This document shows, piece by piece, positions 12,087 through 24,317 of a DNA stretch of 46,993 bases. The notes beneath the pieces are model-generated. The model was not told where the DNA came from. It did not search any database and was given only the letters and a program-made list of their open reading frames with translations. The position numbers and the translations under genes are program-made. Source of the stretch: Vicugna vicugna (lineage: Eukaryota); the NCBI GenBank assembly GCA_013265495.1, contig MU058475.1, forward strand, positions 496,001 to 542,993, given 5' to 3'. Numbering within the stretch: position 1 is the stretch's first letter; each line of letters opens with the position of its first letter.

Positions 12087-13391
12087 GGGTGAACACAGGC
12101 AATGAGTCGGGAGGGCCCCGGTGCCTGTCTTGGGGTAGCAGGAGCTAAGACGAGAGGTGGTCCCTGCCAGCTCCCCAGCCTCCAGCCCCGCGCTGGACCC
12201 TTCCCTTCTTTCCCAAGATTCAGCTCTGCCCAGTTCCCATCACAGGCAAAGGGTGAAGATGGGAGCTGTTAACCCCAACCACTGCCCCACCCTCTGCCCA
12301 TCGCCACTGCTTCCGCTGGGGACCTGGGACAGCGCCCTCCTGACTTTGCATTGATACCCACCTGGAAACTGAGGGGCCATGTGAGCCCTGCTCTGTCCCT
12401 TGGGCTCACCGCCAGCTCTCCCCTCACCCCAGCGCTGGGCCGTCTCACCGCTCCCTCTCCCTGGCTCACTCCTTCAGGCATCTCAGAGGGGACCAGGTGC
12501 GAGCCCCCAGAACAAGTCTGGGGCAGTGTTCTGCTAATGGAAGAGCAATTTCGTTCCTCCCTTTTGCCAAACTCCCCAAAGGAGGACAGGTGTAGGGGAA
12601 AGAAAAAAAAAACCCAGCTCAGACACACACTATGCTGGATTCCCAAGCCCAGATTGACAGCATCCCAAATACAATGCTAAGGAGCCACTGAAGGGATCTG
12701 GGCTGAGCAGCTGCACTTCCTGAAGGTTCTCGGGGTCTACAACCTGTAGATCAGGGTGCGGGAGGGAGAGGCCAGGCAGCAGAGAAGGCTGGAGAGAGCC
12801 CCGGTGAAGACCTGAACCCTGGGAAAGGGAAACAGGAGGGAAAGAAACGAAGACCAGTGAGAGAGGCAGCCGGAGGGGCCCGCCATGGTCAGAAAGTGGC
12901 AGATTCAGGGGAGCCAAGGAGATACAGATGATGCTGCCATTTTGAGGCTGGAGGATGTCTGTGCTGGCAGCTGAGTAAGGAAGGAAAGGGGAGGAGGGGT
13001 TCTTGAGTGTGCCCGTCTGGGGTGGCTGAGGAGGCAGGCAAGTTAGTCGGGGACCAGCTGAGGCAGGGCAGCCCTCTGCCAATTGTTAGACACGTTAGAC
13101 GGCCGACCCGGGGTGGCTGGGTTTCCCCACTCTGAGCAAGGTCAAGCCGAAGGCTGAGGAGGAGGCGTGGGGGAAGCCAAGGTCACAGGGCTCCAGAACT
13201 GGCAGTGAGATGTCCTGTCCCTGCGCCCGGCAGCCCCGCCCTGTGCCCCACCCCCGGGGGAAGCTCACTGTACAGTCTGGGGTCGGTAAAGTCTGCCCCG
13301 GGCTCTGAGCTGCCTTCTGCTCATCATGGCTCTTCATCCCGCAGGGTCACAGCCAGCGCTCCGGGGTCCTCCTACTGCGTGCCCCAGTGTG

Positions 13392-13705
13392 AAACTACGC
13401 ATCTAGACAGTGAAACCCCCTGCAGGGAGGCATTTTGGAAAAATAATGAATCATCATAAGGGCTTTGTCCATACAGATGAAAATTTATCAGTGCATTCTA
13501 CAAGAAGGCAGGTTGGAGGCAGATGAAATCCTGAGTTTTGCCAAAAAACTACAATTCTAGATAATGAAACCTCTTTCAGGGAGACTTTTTGGAAAAATAA
13601 TAAATCATGTGGGTTTTCCCCACATGGACCACAATTCATCTTTTTAGGATTTAGCAAATCCTAAAAGAAGGCGGGCTGGAGGTGGATAAAATAGTTTCCC
13701 CCCAA
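13392..13705. repeat. Diverged tandem duplication of a ~154-bp unit
   Basis: Units start at 13392 and 13546 and share aaactac..tctaga..tgaaacc..caggga..ttttggaaaaataat.aatcat and aagaaggc.gg.tggagg..gat.aaat. Confidence 0.85.
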
Positions 13706-14154
13706 ACGGACTGGCTGTGATGGGAGCGCCTGATTCTTCCCAGGGCTTGTTACCGTCCATAGTCTGCGTCTGGCCTCCGAGAGCAGTGAGTCATCCTAAC
13801 TCCCTCCTCCACGGGGTGAGCGGACCACCTGAGGGACATGTAGGAGCCCAGCTTTCCTTTCCATCTTGAATACAGGCTCAGGTAGGTGAATGTTCAGTGC
13901 AGGACTGAAGGCAGAGCTACCCCATGACGAGCACCGGGGGCCCTCCCCACTCATTGCTTGTGTTTGCCCTGTTACCGAGTCCAACTCTCCTCCACTCCCC
14001 TGGCCTGGCTGGAAACAGCTGCTCCTGACTGCCCCCCAGGACTGCTCACTTTCCCCCAGGACAGCAGCCTGCCCTGGGCCCCCATTTCCCAGGTGTGGCC
14101 TTGTCCTCCCTTGTGTCCCGCTACCCCCTCACCTGACCCGGGGTCCATACCCCT

Positions 14155-15074
14155 TGTATTAGGACTGCGGTAATGTTACTGAGTCCCAACTCATTCTGCT
14201 CGCCGCACGACAGGACTATAAATCGGGAGATACGGTGCTGGGGCAAGGAATAACAAGTTTATTCGGAAAGCCGGCAGACCGAGAAGATGGGGGACTAGTG
14301 TCCTAAAGAACCATCTTCACTGAGTCAGAATTCAGGCTCTTTTTATACTAAAAAGGGAGGGGTGTGGTTGGTTGGTGCAGACTTCTTGGTGTCAGAATCC
14401 TTTGTTCCTGCAGCTGGCCACTCGGGTCAGGTCACAGTGTCCCTGGAAACCTCCAGCAAAACAAATGTTATTTTCTATTCTGCAACTTTTTATTTTTATA
14501 TGAATGGAAAAGTGTTAGTACCCTTAAAGGTCAGAGCCTTGAGAATGGGCTCTCCTGTCTATTTCAGGCTCTGGGCGACATTCTTTTACAAAAGGTGCAG
14601 AGCCAGCATGTCTGAGCTCAGGAAACAGAGCCCAGGGTTAGAGTCAAAGGAACAGATCTAACATGGAGCCAGATTCGTTCTTTTCTGTTACAGTAACAGA
14701 GACGACAGAAACTGGCTGTCTCCCCATCTGGGACACAGAAGTCCGAGACCAAGGTGTCAACAAGGTTGGTTTCTCCAGAGGGGGGTGGGGTGGGGTGGGG
14801 TGTCTGTTCCAGGCCTCTTCCCTAGCTTCCGGGGGTTTGTTGGCAATCTTTCGTGTTCCTCGGCTTATGCAAGCATCACCCTGATTGATCTCTGCCTCCA
14901 TCTCCACATGGTGTTCTCCCCGTGTCCACGTTCCCCCTTTTTGGACGCCAGTCATCCTGGGTTAGGAAGCCATCCTCATCTTAACGAATTTCACCTGCAA
15001 CAGCCTGACTGCCCAAGGTACTTCAACAAATGGATGCAGGGGCGGGGGTGGGGGGCACAATTCAACCCCTAACA
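14155..15074 (-). mobile_element. MaLR LTR, MLT1C-like, interrupted by family A copy 3
   Basis: tgtattaggactgcggtaa | cagagacgacagaaa...gcacaattcaacccctaaca; 5-bp TSD CCCCT/TCCCT. Confidence 0.8.
14174..14692 (-). mobile_element. ERV1 solo LTR, family A copy 3
   Basis: tgttact...ctgttaca; perfect TSD GTAA (14170-14173/14693-14696). Confidence 0.92.
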
Positions 15075-16234
15075 TCCCTCGTCTCTTTCCACAAAGCCCT
15101 CGAGCCCAGCAGGACAAAAGAGTTGTTAAGAGTCACGGGGCCCCACCCCCTCCCAGTATCTGCCCCGTAAAGGAGGATCAGAACCTTCCAGCTACTGGAG
15201 GAAGCTCCAGGCTGGAAACTTCGGCACCTGTCAGGCCGGATCTTTGGGCTTTGGGGGCACCGGACTCCAGGTGGTTGCAGGACCAGCTCTGCCCAGACCC
15301 AATATGTTTCCCTTCTCTGGAGACTGTTGAGCCAGGACCCCCTGAGAATAAATGGTTTCACAGCTGGGATTATGTCCCCTGAGAGAATGCTAGGCAATCC
15401 TGGGTTCAGATGTTTGCCTGTCTATCTGGAAAGTATCGCTTTGGATAAATATTATTCAAAGAACACTTGAAGCCTTCGTTAGGGTAAAAGAACAAATAAC
15501 CTGTTCCTGGAGCTCTCTGCTAATAAAATTGTTTCCCCTTGTTCGTCACAATTGCCTTCCTGCTTGGCACCCCTGTCGGCCTTCTGACCCATGAGGTTTC
15601 AGGAGGACACCCTGGGGCTCACGGGGAGGGGGGTTATCGCTAGCAGCGGCTGTCATCTTAGACTCCAGGGAAATCTGCAAGGACGTGGCTTGTGTGATGC
15701 CCGCAGCGAGGCCACCCCCCAGGAAGCCAGGCCAGGTGTGTGTGACACCTGCAGCCCTGGAGCCACCCCCCACCCCACTGGCCTCAGCCCCAGAGGGCTT
15801 GCCAGCTGGGCCTTGCAGGAACGGCTAAGCAAAGCCAAGACCAGTTGGCTCAGCACCTCCGCCCTCTTCTCCACAGGAAGCTCCAAATTATCTGCGGGGA
15901 AGGGGAAATCTGAGGCGGCATCAGGGCTGGAAGGAGAGCTGGGGATTCATCTTGAGGCCATGTTTGCAAACAAGATGGTTTTGCTTGGAGAACAGTCTCA
16001 TTTATCTGACAGGTGACTACAGAGGGAGTTCTTGTGGAACTTTGGTGGAGCAGATGGATCCCTCCTCAAGTCAGGACCCTGTTCTCAGGCTCCAGCTCGT
16101 TCCTGGATGCCCGACCCCCAGGGGCACATCTGCCTCTCAGGGTCAGGCTGATCACTATTCCTACCCTGTCCCCTCGCCCTCTCCCCAATCTGCACGCCAC
16201 ACCCAGGCCCATGGCTAAAGCTGTGGACACAGGG

Positions 16235-16701
16235 TGTTCCTGAAGGCAAGCTCGTGTGCCCGCCACACCATGAGGCCAAATTGAAACATGAGTTTGGAGC
16301 AGAGGAAGGTTGATTGCAGGGCCAAGCAAGGAAAATGGGTTGGATCAGGCCCAAGAAAACCGCGAACTCCCCAAAGGGATTCAGCAAAGCCTATTTAAAG
16401 GCCAGGTGAGGGAGGGGGTCACAGGGCGTGTGACCAGCTCTTGCACAGTCCTCTGATTGGCTGATGTAGAGGGAACAGGGCGTCAACACCATCACCCACT
16501 ACACGTGCCAGCAGGTCTGGGGGTCACATGCTCTGGATCATCAAGTAATTAAATTTTTCCCTTTGGTGGTGGTTTTAGCATCTGAAAAACTCAGGAAATA
16601 TACATGAGATACTATTATCTGGGTGCCTCAGAGGAGCTCAGCAGAGGATAGGGATGAGGGTCTGATCCTGGGAAGCCCCCACAGGGTCCTGCTCAGTTAC
16701 G
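16235..16701 (-). mobile_element. ERV1 solo LTR, family B copy 2
   Basis: tgttcctgaagg...cagttacg; perfect TSD AGGG (16231-16234/16702-16705); homologous to 7282-7747. Confidence 0.88.
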
Positions 16702-17659
16702 AGGGTGAGGGGGTGATTCCCTGGACCCCCAGCTGAAGGCATTCCTCCCGAGGTCGCCTCCCTTCTTCCTGAGGATGCGCTCCGCATCTTTGCCCCACAG
16801 CTCCCAAACTGCTGGACTCTTGCATCTTAAACTGGTTTCGCCCAGTTAGTTTTGCTTATCAGCCTCTTCTGGGTGCTGCTGACCGGGAGCACCCCCACCA
16901 CCACAGCCCCGCGGGCGTGACCTGCAAGCAGCTAATTCCACGAGCAGCAGCCCTGGAAGCAAGAGCTGGCTCAGCCGCAGCGGGGGTGCTGCCTGCCTGT
17001 CCGCCCCAGCTCTCTGAGATGACTCCGTGACCCCAGGCACCCCGGTTTGCTCAAGTGTACCATGGGGATGGGAAGGGCGCCCACCCCGCAGGTGAAGTGG
17101 GGCGGCACCTGGCTCGGGGCCTGCAGCGATGCTGTGTCTTCGTCACTGACTGTCACCACCACTGTCCGTGCTGCTCACACTCTGAGCTGGAACAGTGCCC
17201 TCCAAGGGCATGCAGTTCTGACCAGGTTCCCGGCAAGGCAGACGCTGATCCGAGTTCCTGGGTGAGGTGGTTTATTGGGTGTTGACCCAGAGCAAGAGTG
17301 AGGGAGGGAGGACAGGGGATGGAGAGGGAGAGGGGTCCTCTGGGAAGAGCGCAGACTGCCTCCCCGGAGCCCAGGGTGTCGCCACCCACCCAGTCCCCCA
17401 CCAGTGGCTGCTCCTGGGGCCTTGGAATCCCCTGGACTTCAAACTCAGGGCATCAGTGAGGGTCTGGGGTAGAAAGCAGAAGCACACAGGCCAGTGGCGA
17501 ATGCTAACTGCTCTAGGTGAGTCCAAGTTCAGGCAGCAAAACTCCAAAGTGGGTGGGGAGATGCGGCTGCTGTGGGGAGTAAGACCCCAAAATGAGGGCA
17601 CCATTCCCATGGTGGCTGCGTGTGGACGTGTGCTGAGTTCCAACTTCCTTACTTGAGTT

Positions 17660-19140
17660 CATGTGTCTTATTTTGTTTCACAAAAGTAATACATGCTTAT
17701 GGTACAATGCGAATCATTTGTATGGTTGTCAAATGAAAACTAAGGAACAGGCTCCTCTCTTGTCCAAACCGTTACTCCCACTGTCCGGAGTAACTCCACT
17801 TTTCACTTTTGTGTTCCTTTGTCAGTATTATGTGACTATAAACGTAAGGATCTCTTTCTACCCAATTTGTTTTACCTAAAATGAATTCCAACCACACGTA
17901 CTGCTCTTTCCATGACATAGCATCTCCCGGAGCCTATTCCATGTCAGCACATATATGTACACCTGGCTCAATCTTCTTAAAGGTTGAATAATAAACCATT
18001 GTGTGGTTCCACCATAACATGTGCAACTGTCTCCTATTAATGGACATTTGGGTTGTTTCCAGATCTTGCTGTGATAAACAATTCTTCAAGGTCCAATCTT
18101 ACACACATATGTTTTGCTTGCTTCTTCAAATATATGTATGTATTTGAGTGAAGTCCTTGAAATTGTCTTATGAAAACTACGTTTATGAAAAAATTTGATA
18201 TTCATGTAAAAATTTTGATACCAAGTAGGACCCTGCAGGCTGCCCCTCACACACAGCCCCTGCCTCTTGTTTATAGCCCCATGTTACAGAGTCTGTTGCC
18301 CCCAGGATCATACCCCTGCCCCTCCTTTGAGAAGAAACCAATTACTTTTATCTAAGTCTCAGGAAGCTGCTGCAAGGAGAAGAAACAAGAACTGGTTAGA
18401 ACCAGCTGAGCCCAAGATGACGGAGGATCTGCCTTCCAGCGGACGTGAGCCTCATCATACGCTCATTGTGATGCGATAGCTGCTGAGTGACATACCCACT
18501 GGCGCCAGGACAGTTGCCAGTTGCCATGACAACAACCAGAAAAGCCCACACAAGGACCAAAAAAAGGCGATTGGTGCCAGGACACCCAGGAGGACTTGAT
18601 GGTGGAAGCTTCTAGAGGTCCACGTGGCCCAGCCCGGAGCTGGAGCGACCTTGACCGGTCATCTTGGCCGACAGCTCCCACTCGAGCGTGTTCTTCCCTT
18701 TCTCCTCTTTAGAGCAGTAAAGCAGCTTTTCACTTTGTCCCTCTGTCTGCTGTGGATTCTTTCACAGCCGGCAGCAAGGACCCACACTTTGGTGGGCTTC
18801 CTCATTTAGGGGGTCTCACTATCCGCTCACAGTTTGACAGAGGTTGTTAAATCACTCTCTGAACACGTGACATCTTTCCACCGCCCCACCGACGGATGCA
18901 AGAGTGTGGGTCTCCCCACACCCTGTCACACTAAGAACCAGACACTGTTTTCATCTTTGCCAATGTGTTGTGTAGAAACAATTGCATCAGGTTCCTTCTT
19001 TAGTTGTACAGATGAACATCTTTCTGGGTAACTATTGACCACTTGTGTTTTTAAAATAAAGCCACCTTTCTTATGTTTCCATGGGACTACCACACTTTCC
19101 ACACTGGTTTAGGAGAGTGCTGTGTGTGCCAACAGGGTCT
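17660..19140 (-). mobile_element. Ancient L1 (L1ME-like) 3' region, interrupted by the LTR at 18216
   Basis: ctcctattaatggacatttgggttgtttcc, gatgaacatctttct, ctattgaccacttgtg; boundaries approximate. Confidence 0.65.
18216..18831 (+). mobile_element. ERV1 solo LTR, family E copy 1
   Basis: tgatacc...gctcaca; TSD ATTT/GTTT; AGTAAA poly(A) variant; shares ctggtta.aacc, caagatg.cgg, tgagcctca and ggcgcc..gacagtt with 25581-25836. Confidence 0.75.
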
Positions 19141-19187
19141 TGATGATTGAACCAGCAGTGTGAGACCTCCTGCTGGATTCCTTAGAT

Positions 19188-19335
19188 CAGAATTTCCAGA
19201 CCTGGCTTGTCATCTGAATCACTTGGGAAGTTTGATAAAGCACACGGTCCTGGACTTTGAAGCTGACCTGGTGTGTCTGGGGTGGGGCCCAATATCTGCC
19301 GACTTTCTTCAAGCCCCAGGGGATGCAGATGCTTA
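19188..19335. mobile_element. MER5A-like hAT-Charlie DNA transposon remnant
   Basis: gaatcacttgggaagtttgataaa, tctggggtggggcccaatatctgc, caagccccaggggatgcagatgc. Confidence 0.55.
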
Positions 19336-20989
19336 GGTCCCTCAGCGTCTGGCTCCAGGACAGCACAATTTACTCATTCCAATTTCCCTTTCTGCAACAC
19401 AAGCTCCCATCTCCATGAGACGAGATAACGTGGGTTTCAAGTGGGTTTCAAGTTCCAAGTTCCTAGTTCCATCAATGGTGGCCATTCCCAGGTGTGTTCT
19501 CACAAAGGCTCAGAGGACACAGAGAACAGGGACTGAGAGAGTCCACCCTGACTCACACTCCACTTCCCTCATCCCCCGAGGAGAGCCCTGCCGGCCAGGG
19601 AGGCAGCAGGCACCCAGCTCCCAGGGTTCGCTCTCCTCCAGGCTGCCGGGCACACCCCGCTCCCTCCCACAGGGGACAGAACCGGTTGCTTCTTAGGGTC
19701 GGATGAGGGTGTGGCTCACCTCTTTTGTTTGGTTAGCTGGTATCTTTCAGGGCCGGTTTCTTGCCTCTTCCAAGGTGGTGGAAGCATGACGCATTCTCCT
19801 TGGCTTGTCTAGACTGACTTTCTTCCCATCCCCCACCTGGAGGGGTACGGCTTTTCAAGACAAGTCCAGGGAATCTGGGGCCTGAGACCAAAGCAATTCC
19901 CTCAGTGAAGTTTTTGATCTTATGTCACTGTCATCTTGTTTTGCATCCCTCTCATGTGCGTGTGAGTTGCAAAAATTGATTAAATTCAGCTGTTTGTAAC
20001 TCAGAATTTGTTTTCTCATGGAAACCCCATTTGTATGGAAGTTAACTGCCAGCATAGTCTTTTATTATAAAGTCCATTTCACGCACAGGGTGGAGGGTGT
20101 CAGTTCCAAGATGCCTCCTGGCAGGGCAGGGAGTCCTCCCTGTGTCCCCGGAAGGTGCTTCGCCACCTGGCTGAGCACAGCAGGGCTCAGAAGTGGCCAG
20201 GAAGATAGAGGAGAGGCACTCGCATCCTAGAAAACTATTCATAAATATTGTTTATAGAGTAGACAAATCCACATTTTACAAGTTGGGGGATCTCTGATAT
20301 TGCACAATCATCCTGTTTCACAGTCCAAGGAACACCAGGCAAGCGCGGCCTATTTTATGCAAAGAAGCAAGAAGAAAATAGATCAAGTTTAAGTTCATAA
20401 ATAAAACTGATTTATAGATTGTAAAATCCACTTTTCAAAAACGCTGGCATTAAAACAAATTTACAACTGACCACAACCCACAAAATCTATTTCTCACTTT
20501 CTCCCAAAAGCGTTTGATTTAAACACCCTTCTTCCCAAACCTTTCCAAATGCTGAATTCTAGTAACACTCCAACTTACCAGGACCCTCTCAGTCCCACGG
20601 CTCTCCGCCCAGTTAGGTGCTGCCTCTTCCCTAAAGCTAGGAAGTACCAGATTGGCTGCAGACAATTTCCACCCCCAAACTGCCCGATGGTGATTTCCTT
20701 TATTTCCGGTGATTTTGTCACTTGCACTAATCTTCACAAATTGTCCCCTGAAAAGGACGTCAAGGGTGGCTGCTCAGTGTCCTTTTCCTTTTCTTTCTTT
20801 TTTTTTTTTTTTCCAGTCTTTGGATGGGGCTGGGGGAGACAGTCCTGCCTCTAAGATGGTGAAGGCAGAGAGGGAAACAAAGTATCTTACACTCAACCTC
20901 CAGGTAGCTCCTTGCAGCTGTCTGTGCACACTTACCCTTTTAGTTGTCTCTTCTCCAAAGTGAGGATGGTGCTTTGTTTATCTCTGTCC

Positions 20990-21210
20990 TTCTTTCCAGC
21001 ATTCTTTCCCCACCCTGCCACCCCAGGCTTAATTTTTCTCCATTGCATGTATCATCCTGCAGCCTACTAAATATTTTATTTATCTATAATCTTCATGCAG
21101 ACAGTCATTTGGGGTCTGTTTTGCTCCCCATTATCCTCCCAGCACCTAAAAGACTCACTGGCACATCTTACATGCATGCTCGATAAATATTTATTGAATA
21201 AACAAATGTT
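20990..21210 (+). mobile_element. L2 3' end
   Basis: ccagcacctaaaagactcactggcaca...ctcgataaatatttattgaataaacaaatg. Confidence 0.6.
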
Positions 21211-21289
21211 GAGAATATTGCTCCAACTCATCTGTGTTTGTTTTACACCTAAACACAGTGGAGTGTTTCTGTAGACTTACTTCTTTGTT

Positions 21290-22350
21290 GATAAATTTCC
21301 TTCTTCCCCACCCTTTGTTGCCTCTCACTCTTTCCTTGTGGGTTCAGTGTCCTTCCTCCTGAAGCATATACTTAGTAACTCTTCCAGCGAGATTCTGTTA
21401 GCAGAAAATCATTTAAATCCTCATTTGTCTGGAAATGTCTTTGTTTTCCCTTGATTCTGGAATAATGTTTATATTGACATCAATTTCTAGGTTATCGGTT
21501 ATTTTCTCTTAGGACTTTGAAATGAAATTCCAATATATTCTGTCTTCTGTTGCTGCCATTCAGAACTGTCCTGTCAATCTAAGAGTATTTACTTTTTATA
21601 CTGTAACAGAAAAGAACAAATCTGACTCCATATTAGATCTGCTTCTTTAGCATTAACCCTGCGCCCTGTTTTCTAGGCTTAGTCTTGCGGGCTCTGCACC
21701 TTTTGTAAAAGAATGTAGCCTTTAGCCTGAAATAGACAGGTGAGCCTATTCTCAAGTTTCTGACGTTTAACAATGTTAGTTAGCACTTTTGCGCTTATAT
21801 AAAGACAACAAGTTGCAGAATAGAAAAGAACATTTGTTTTGTTAGAGGTTTTGCAGGGACACCATGACCTGACCCGCAGGGACAGCTACAAGAACAAAGG
21901 ATTCCTACAGCAAGAAGTTTGCACCAACCACCACACCCCCTCCCCTTTTAGTATAAAAGGAGCCTGAATTCTGCCGACTAATACGGTTCTTAAAGACATT
22001 AATCGACCATCCTCTCGGTCTGCCAGCTTTCCAAATAAAGTCGCTATTCCTTGCCCCAACACCTCATCTCCCGATTTTATTGGCCTGTCGTGTGGTGACC
22101 AGAACAAGTTTGAACTCAGTAACAATACTACCGGGTTTTTTTCTGTGTTTGTGTTTAAAATCTTTCGGTTGGGTATTCTGTAGGTTCAGTATGATGGGCC
22201 AGCATGTGAATTTACTGCTCTTGATTTTGCCTGGAACACACAGTACTTCGTGACTCTGAAGATGTGTGTCTTAAATTAATTCTGGAAAATTCTCATCCAT
22301 TTTTCTTCAAATATCAATCTTTCCCTCGTCTCTCCTGACACTCCTACTTG
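21290..22350 (-). mobile_element. Ancient L1 ORF1-region remnant hosting family A copy 4
   Basis: tttgtctggaaatgtctt, aatttctaggtt, taattctggaaaattctcatccattttttcttcaaatat. Confidence 0.55.
21602..22124 (+). mobile_element. ERV1 solo LTR, family A copy 4
   Basis: tgtaacagaaaagaac...ctcagtaaca; perfect TSD ATAC (21598-21601/22125-22128); TATA and AATAAA intact. Confidence 0.92.
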
Positions 22351-22353
22351 ATA

Positions 22354-22994
22354 CAGTTGATCATCGCTGTTGGTGGTAGTCGTGTTGCATAAGGTCGAGG
22401 CAATCTCTGAACTGGTGAACATTGAGCCACTGCTCCCAGGAGAAATACAGTGAGGTTCCTGTGAGCCTCTGGTCACATTTTCATCAACTGACCAACACAT
22501 AATTTTGATCTGTGTGTATGTGTGTGTGTTTAAGGACACTTTATTAAATATCATTGTTGATGCATTAGTGTTGAATTCACAGCCAACAGTCCTATAACTC
22601 ACACCTGAATGAAGCTTACCCAACACACGTCTTTTCTCTGTAAGGCACATTGCAACTCTCACACTTGGAAACACCACACTGCACTTCTGGGGACCATTTT
22701 AAGCAGTGACAGCAACAACACAAAGCACTTAAATGTGAAGATGTAGCACTAAGTAGACTGTGTGAAGGACACTCGTCCACAGTGTGAGAGCTGAAACCAG
22801 AAGATTGCTCGGATCAGCCTCGGCTGGAACAGGAACACAGGGTGATTCAGATTTTTTTTTTTTTTTTTTTGCTGCTTGTACACTTCTGCAAATGACCATG
22901 AAGGCCCCCCAAGTATTGACTTTGGGGTTACAAATAAATTTAGCCAATAAGCAAATTAGCAAATATGGAATCCACGAATAATGTGGATTAAATG
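22354..22994 (-). mobile_element. MER82 (TcMar-Tigger) non-autonomous DNA transposon
   Basis: TA flanks at 22352-22353 and 22995-22996; degenerate cagttgat TIRs; ORF 22276..22677 MCLTEKRRVLGKLHSGVSYRTVGCEFN resembles the Tigger/CENP-B N-terminal HTH. Confidence 0.88.
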
Positions 22995-23324
22995 TAGCTA
23001 TTTGGTTTTACCTCTGAGGAGTCTCCTTACTTCCTTGAAAGCTTGATTATGCATTTCCCCAAAAGGCAGTAATATTTCGATCATGATTTCTAAGTGTTCT
23101 ATCAGCAGGAAGGTCTCCAGCTGGTCTGATCCAGCAGACTGCCAAAAAAGGAACCCCTTATGGTCACAAATGAGTCATGAACAAATGAGATGGCATTTTC
23201 CAGGTTGGGGCATCTTGGTTTCACTGTCCGTGTGCCTGAACAAGCAGCACAAGAGGGTGTTTTGCAAGTCAGGTGGGCCCATAATCCAGAAGGTCTAGTC
23301 ACCCCCACTGCAGGCTGCATCCGC

Positions 23325-23500
23325 TCATTCATCTGTCTGTGAATGGCAACGTTTATTGAGCACCTACTACACGTCCAGCTCTGAGCTAATAACTAGGAAA
23401 AAAGGATGATGGGAAGTGCTCAGCGTCCTTGGGGCCCTCACAGCCCAGCTTTGAATAGACAGTGGAGACAACAGTGAATCAGGTCATCCAGGGAGCACAC
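23325..23500 (-). mobile_element. L2 3' end remnant
   Basis: ctcattcat...caacgtttattgagcacctactacacg. Confidence 0.55.
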
Positions 23501-23817
23501 AGCCCCAGAAACCCACTCGAAGAAGTTGAGCTTGGAATTGCAGCCCTGGGGTTCTGCGCCTGTTGGGTGGGAGCACTTTGCTAGGGACCAGAAGGGGGCT
23601 TCTGTTGAGCAGCTGACTGTGTCCCCTGGAAACTCCCCCTGAAGCTGCAGCCAAGAGGGCAACGCATCACTGTCCGTGTACCCACATGTGATGCCTCCCT
23701 CCCCACCTCACTCCCCTCCTCTCTCACTCTTGCTGCCTCCACCTCGTCCCTCCCAAATAGAACATTGGCCCTAAGTCTTTGCCTCATTCTGTTTTCCAGG
23801 GACACGCAGCTCAGGCA
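23500..23817 (+). mobile_element. Ancient ERVL LTR (LTR16-like)
   Basis: ctcccaaatagaacattggccctaagtctttgcctcattctgttttccagggacacgcagctcaggca resembles the LTR16/LTR33 3' end. Confidence 0.55.
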
Positions 23818-24317
23818 ATAACCATCACCTGGGCTGGGTTCTTTGAAAGAAGTAGGAAGAAAAGCCTCCCCTGCCCGTTGCCCTCTCCGAGGAGGTGGCA
23901 CTTAGGCTGCGCCTGGGAGGAGGAGGCGGGCGGAGTTAAGAGCAGCACAGGCGTATTCTGCTTTTTATTTTCCGTATTTCTGATGAATCGACACCTGGGT
24001 CTTGCTGACCCTGGGGGCACTGCCCTCCCTGGACCAGCCAGTTCCTCCAGAGCGAACGGCCCTCCTGGAGTGCACTTTTCCGGTGTGAACCAGCCAATCC
24101 AGAGCCCACAGCCCACCGCCTCCTCTGTAGTTTCTTGTAACAGGGAGATTTTCTTCCTCTCCACGATGGCCCAGAGACGCATTCATCCCTCCATCATGCC
24201 AAGGGAGGATGATGAAAGGAGTCTGATCAGAGAGAGGAAAAGACCATCTCAAAGAATAAAATTGCACTGTGAATATCAAGGGAAGCAAGCTTGGTTTGTC
24301 TTGTGTTTGTTTCGTTT

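Noticed and set aside
5580..16701. Repeated A(-) then B(-) arrangement at ~8.7-kb period suggesting a segmental duplication
   Set aside because: TSDs, flanks and intervening sequences are unrelated, so these are independent insertions.
22276..22677. Domesticated Tigger/CENP-B-like gene
   Set aside because: Only a short HTH relic inside MER82, with no DDE domain.
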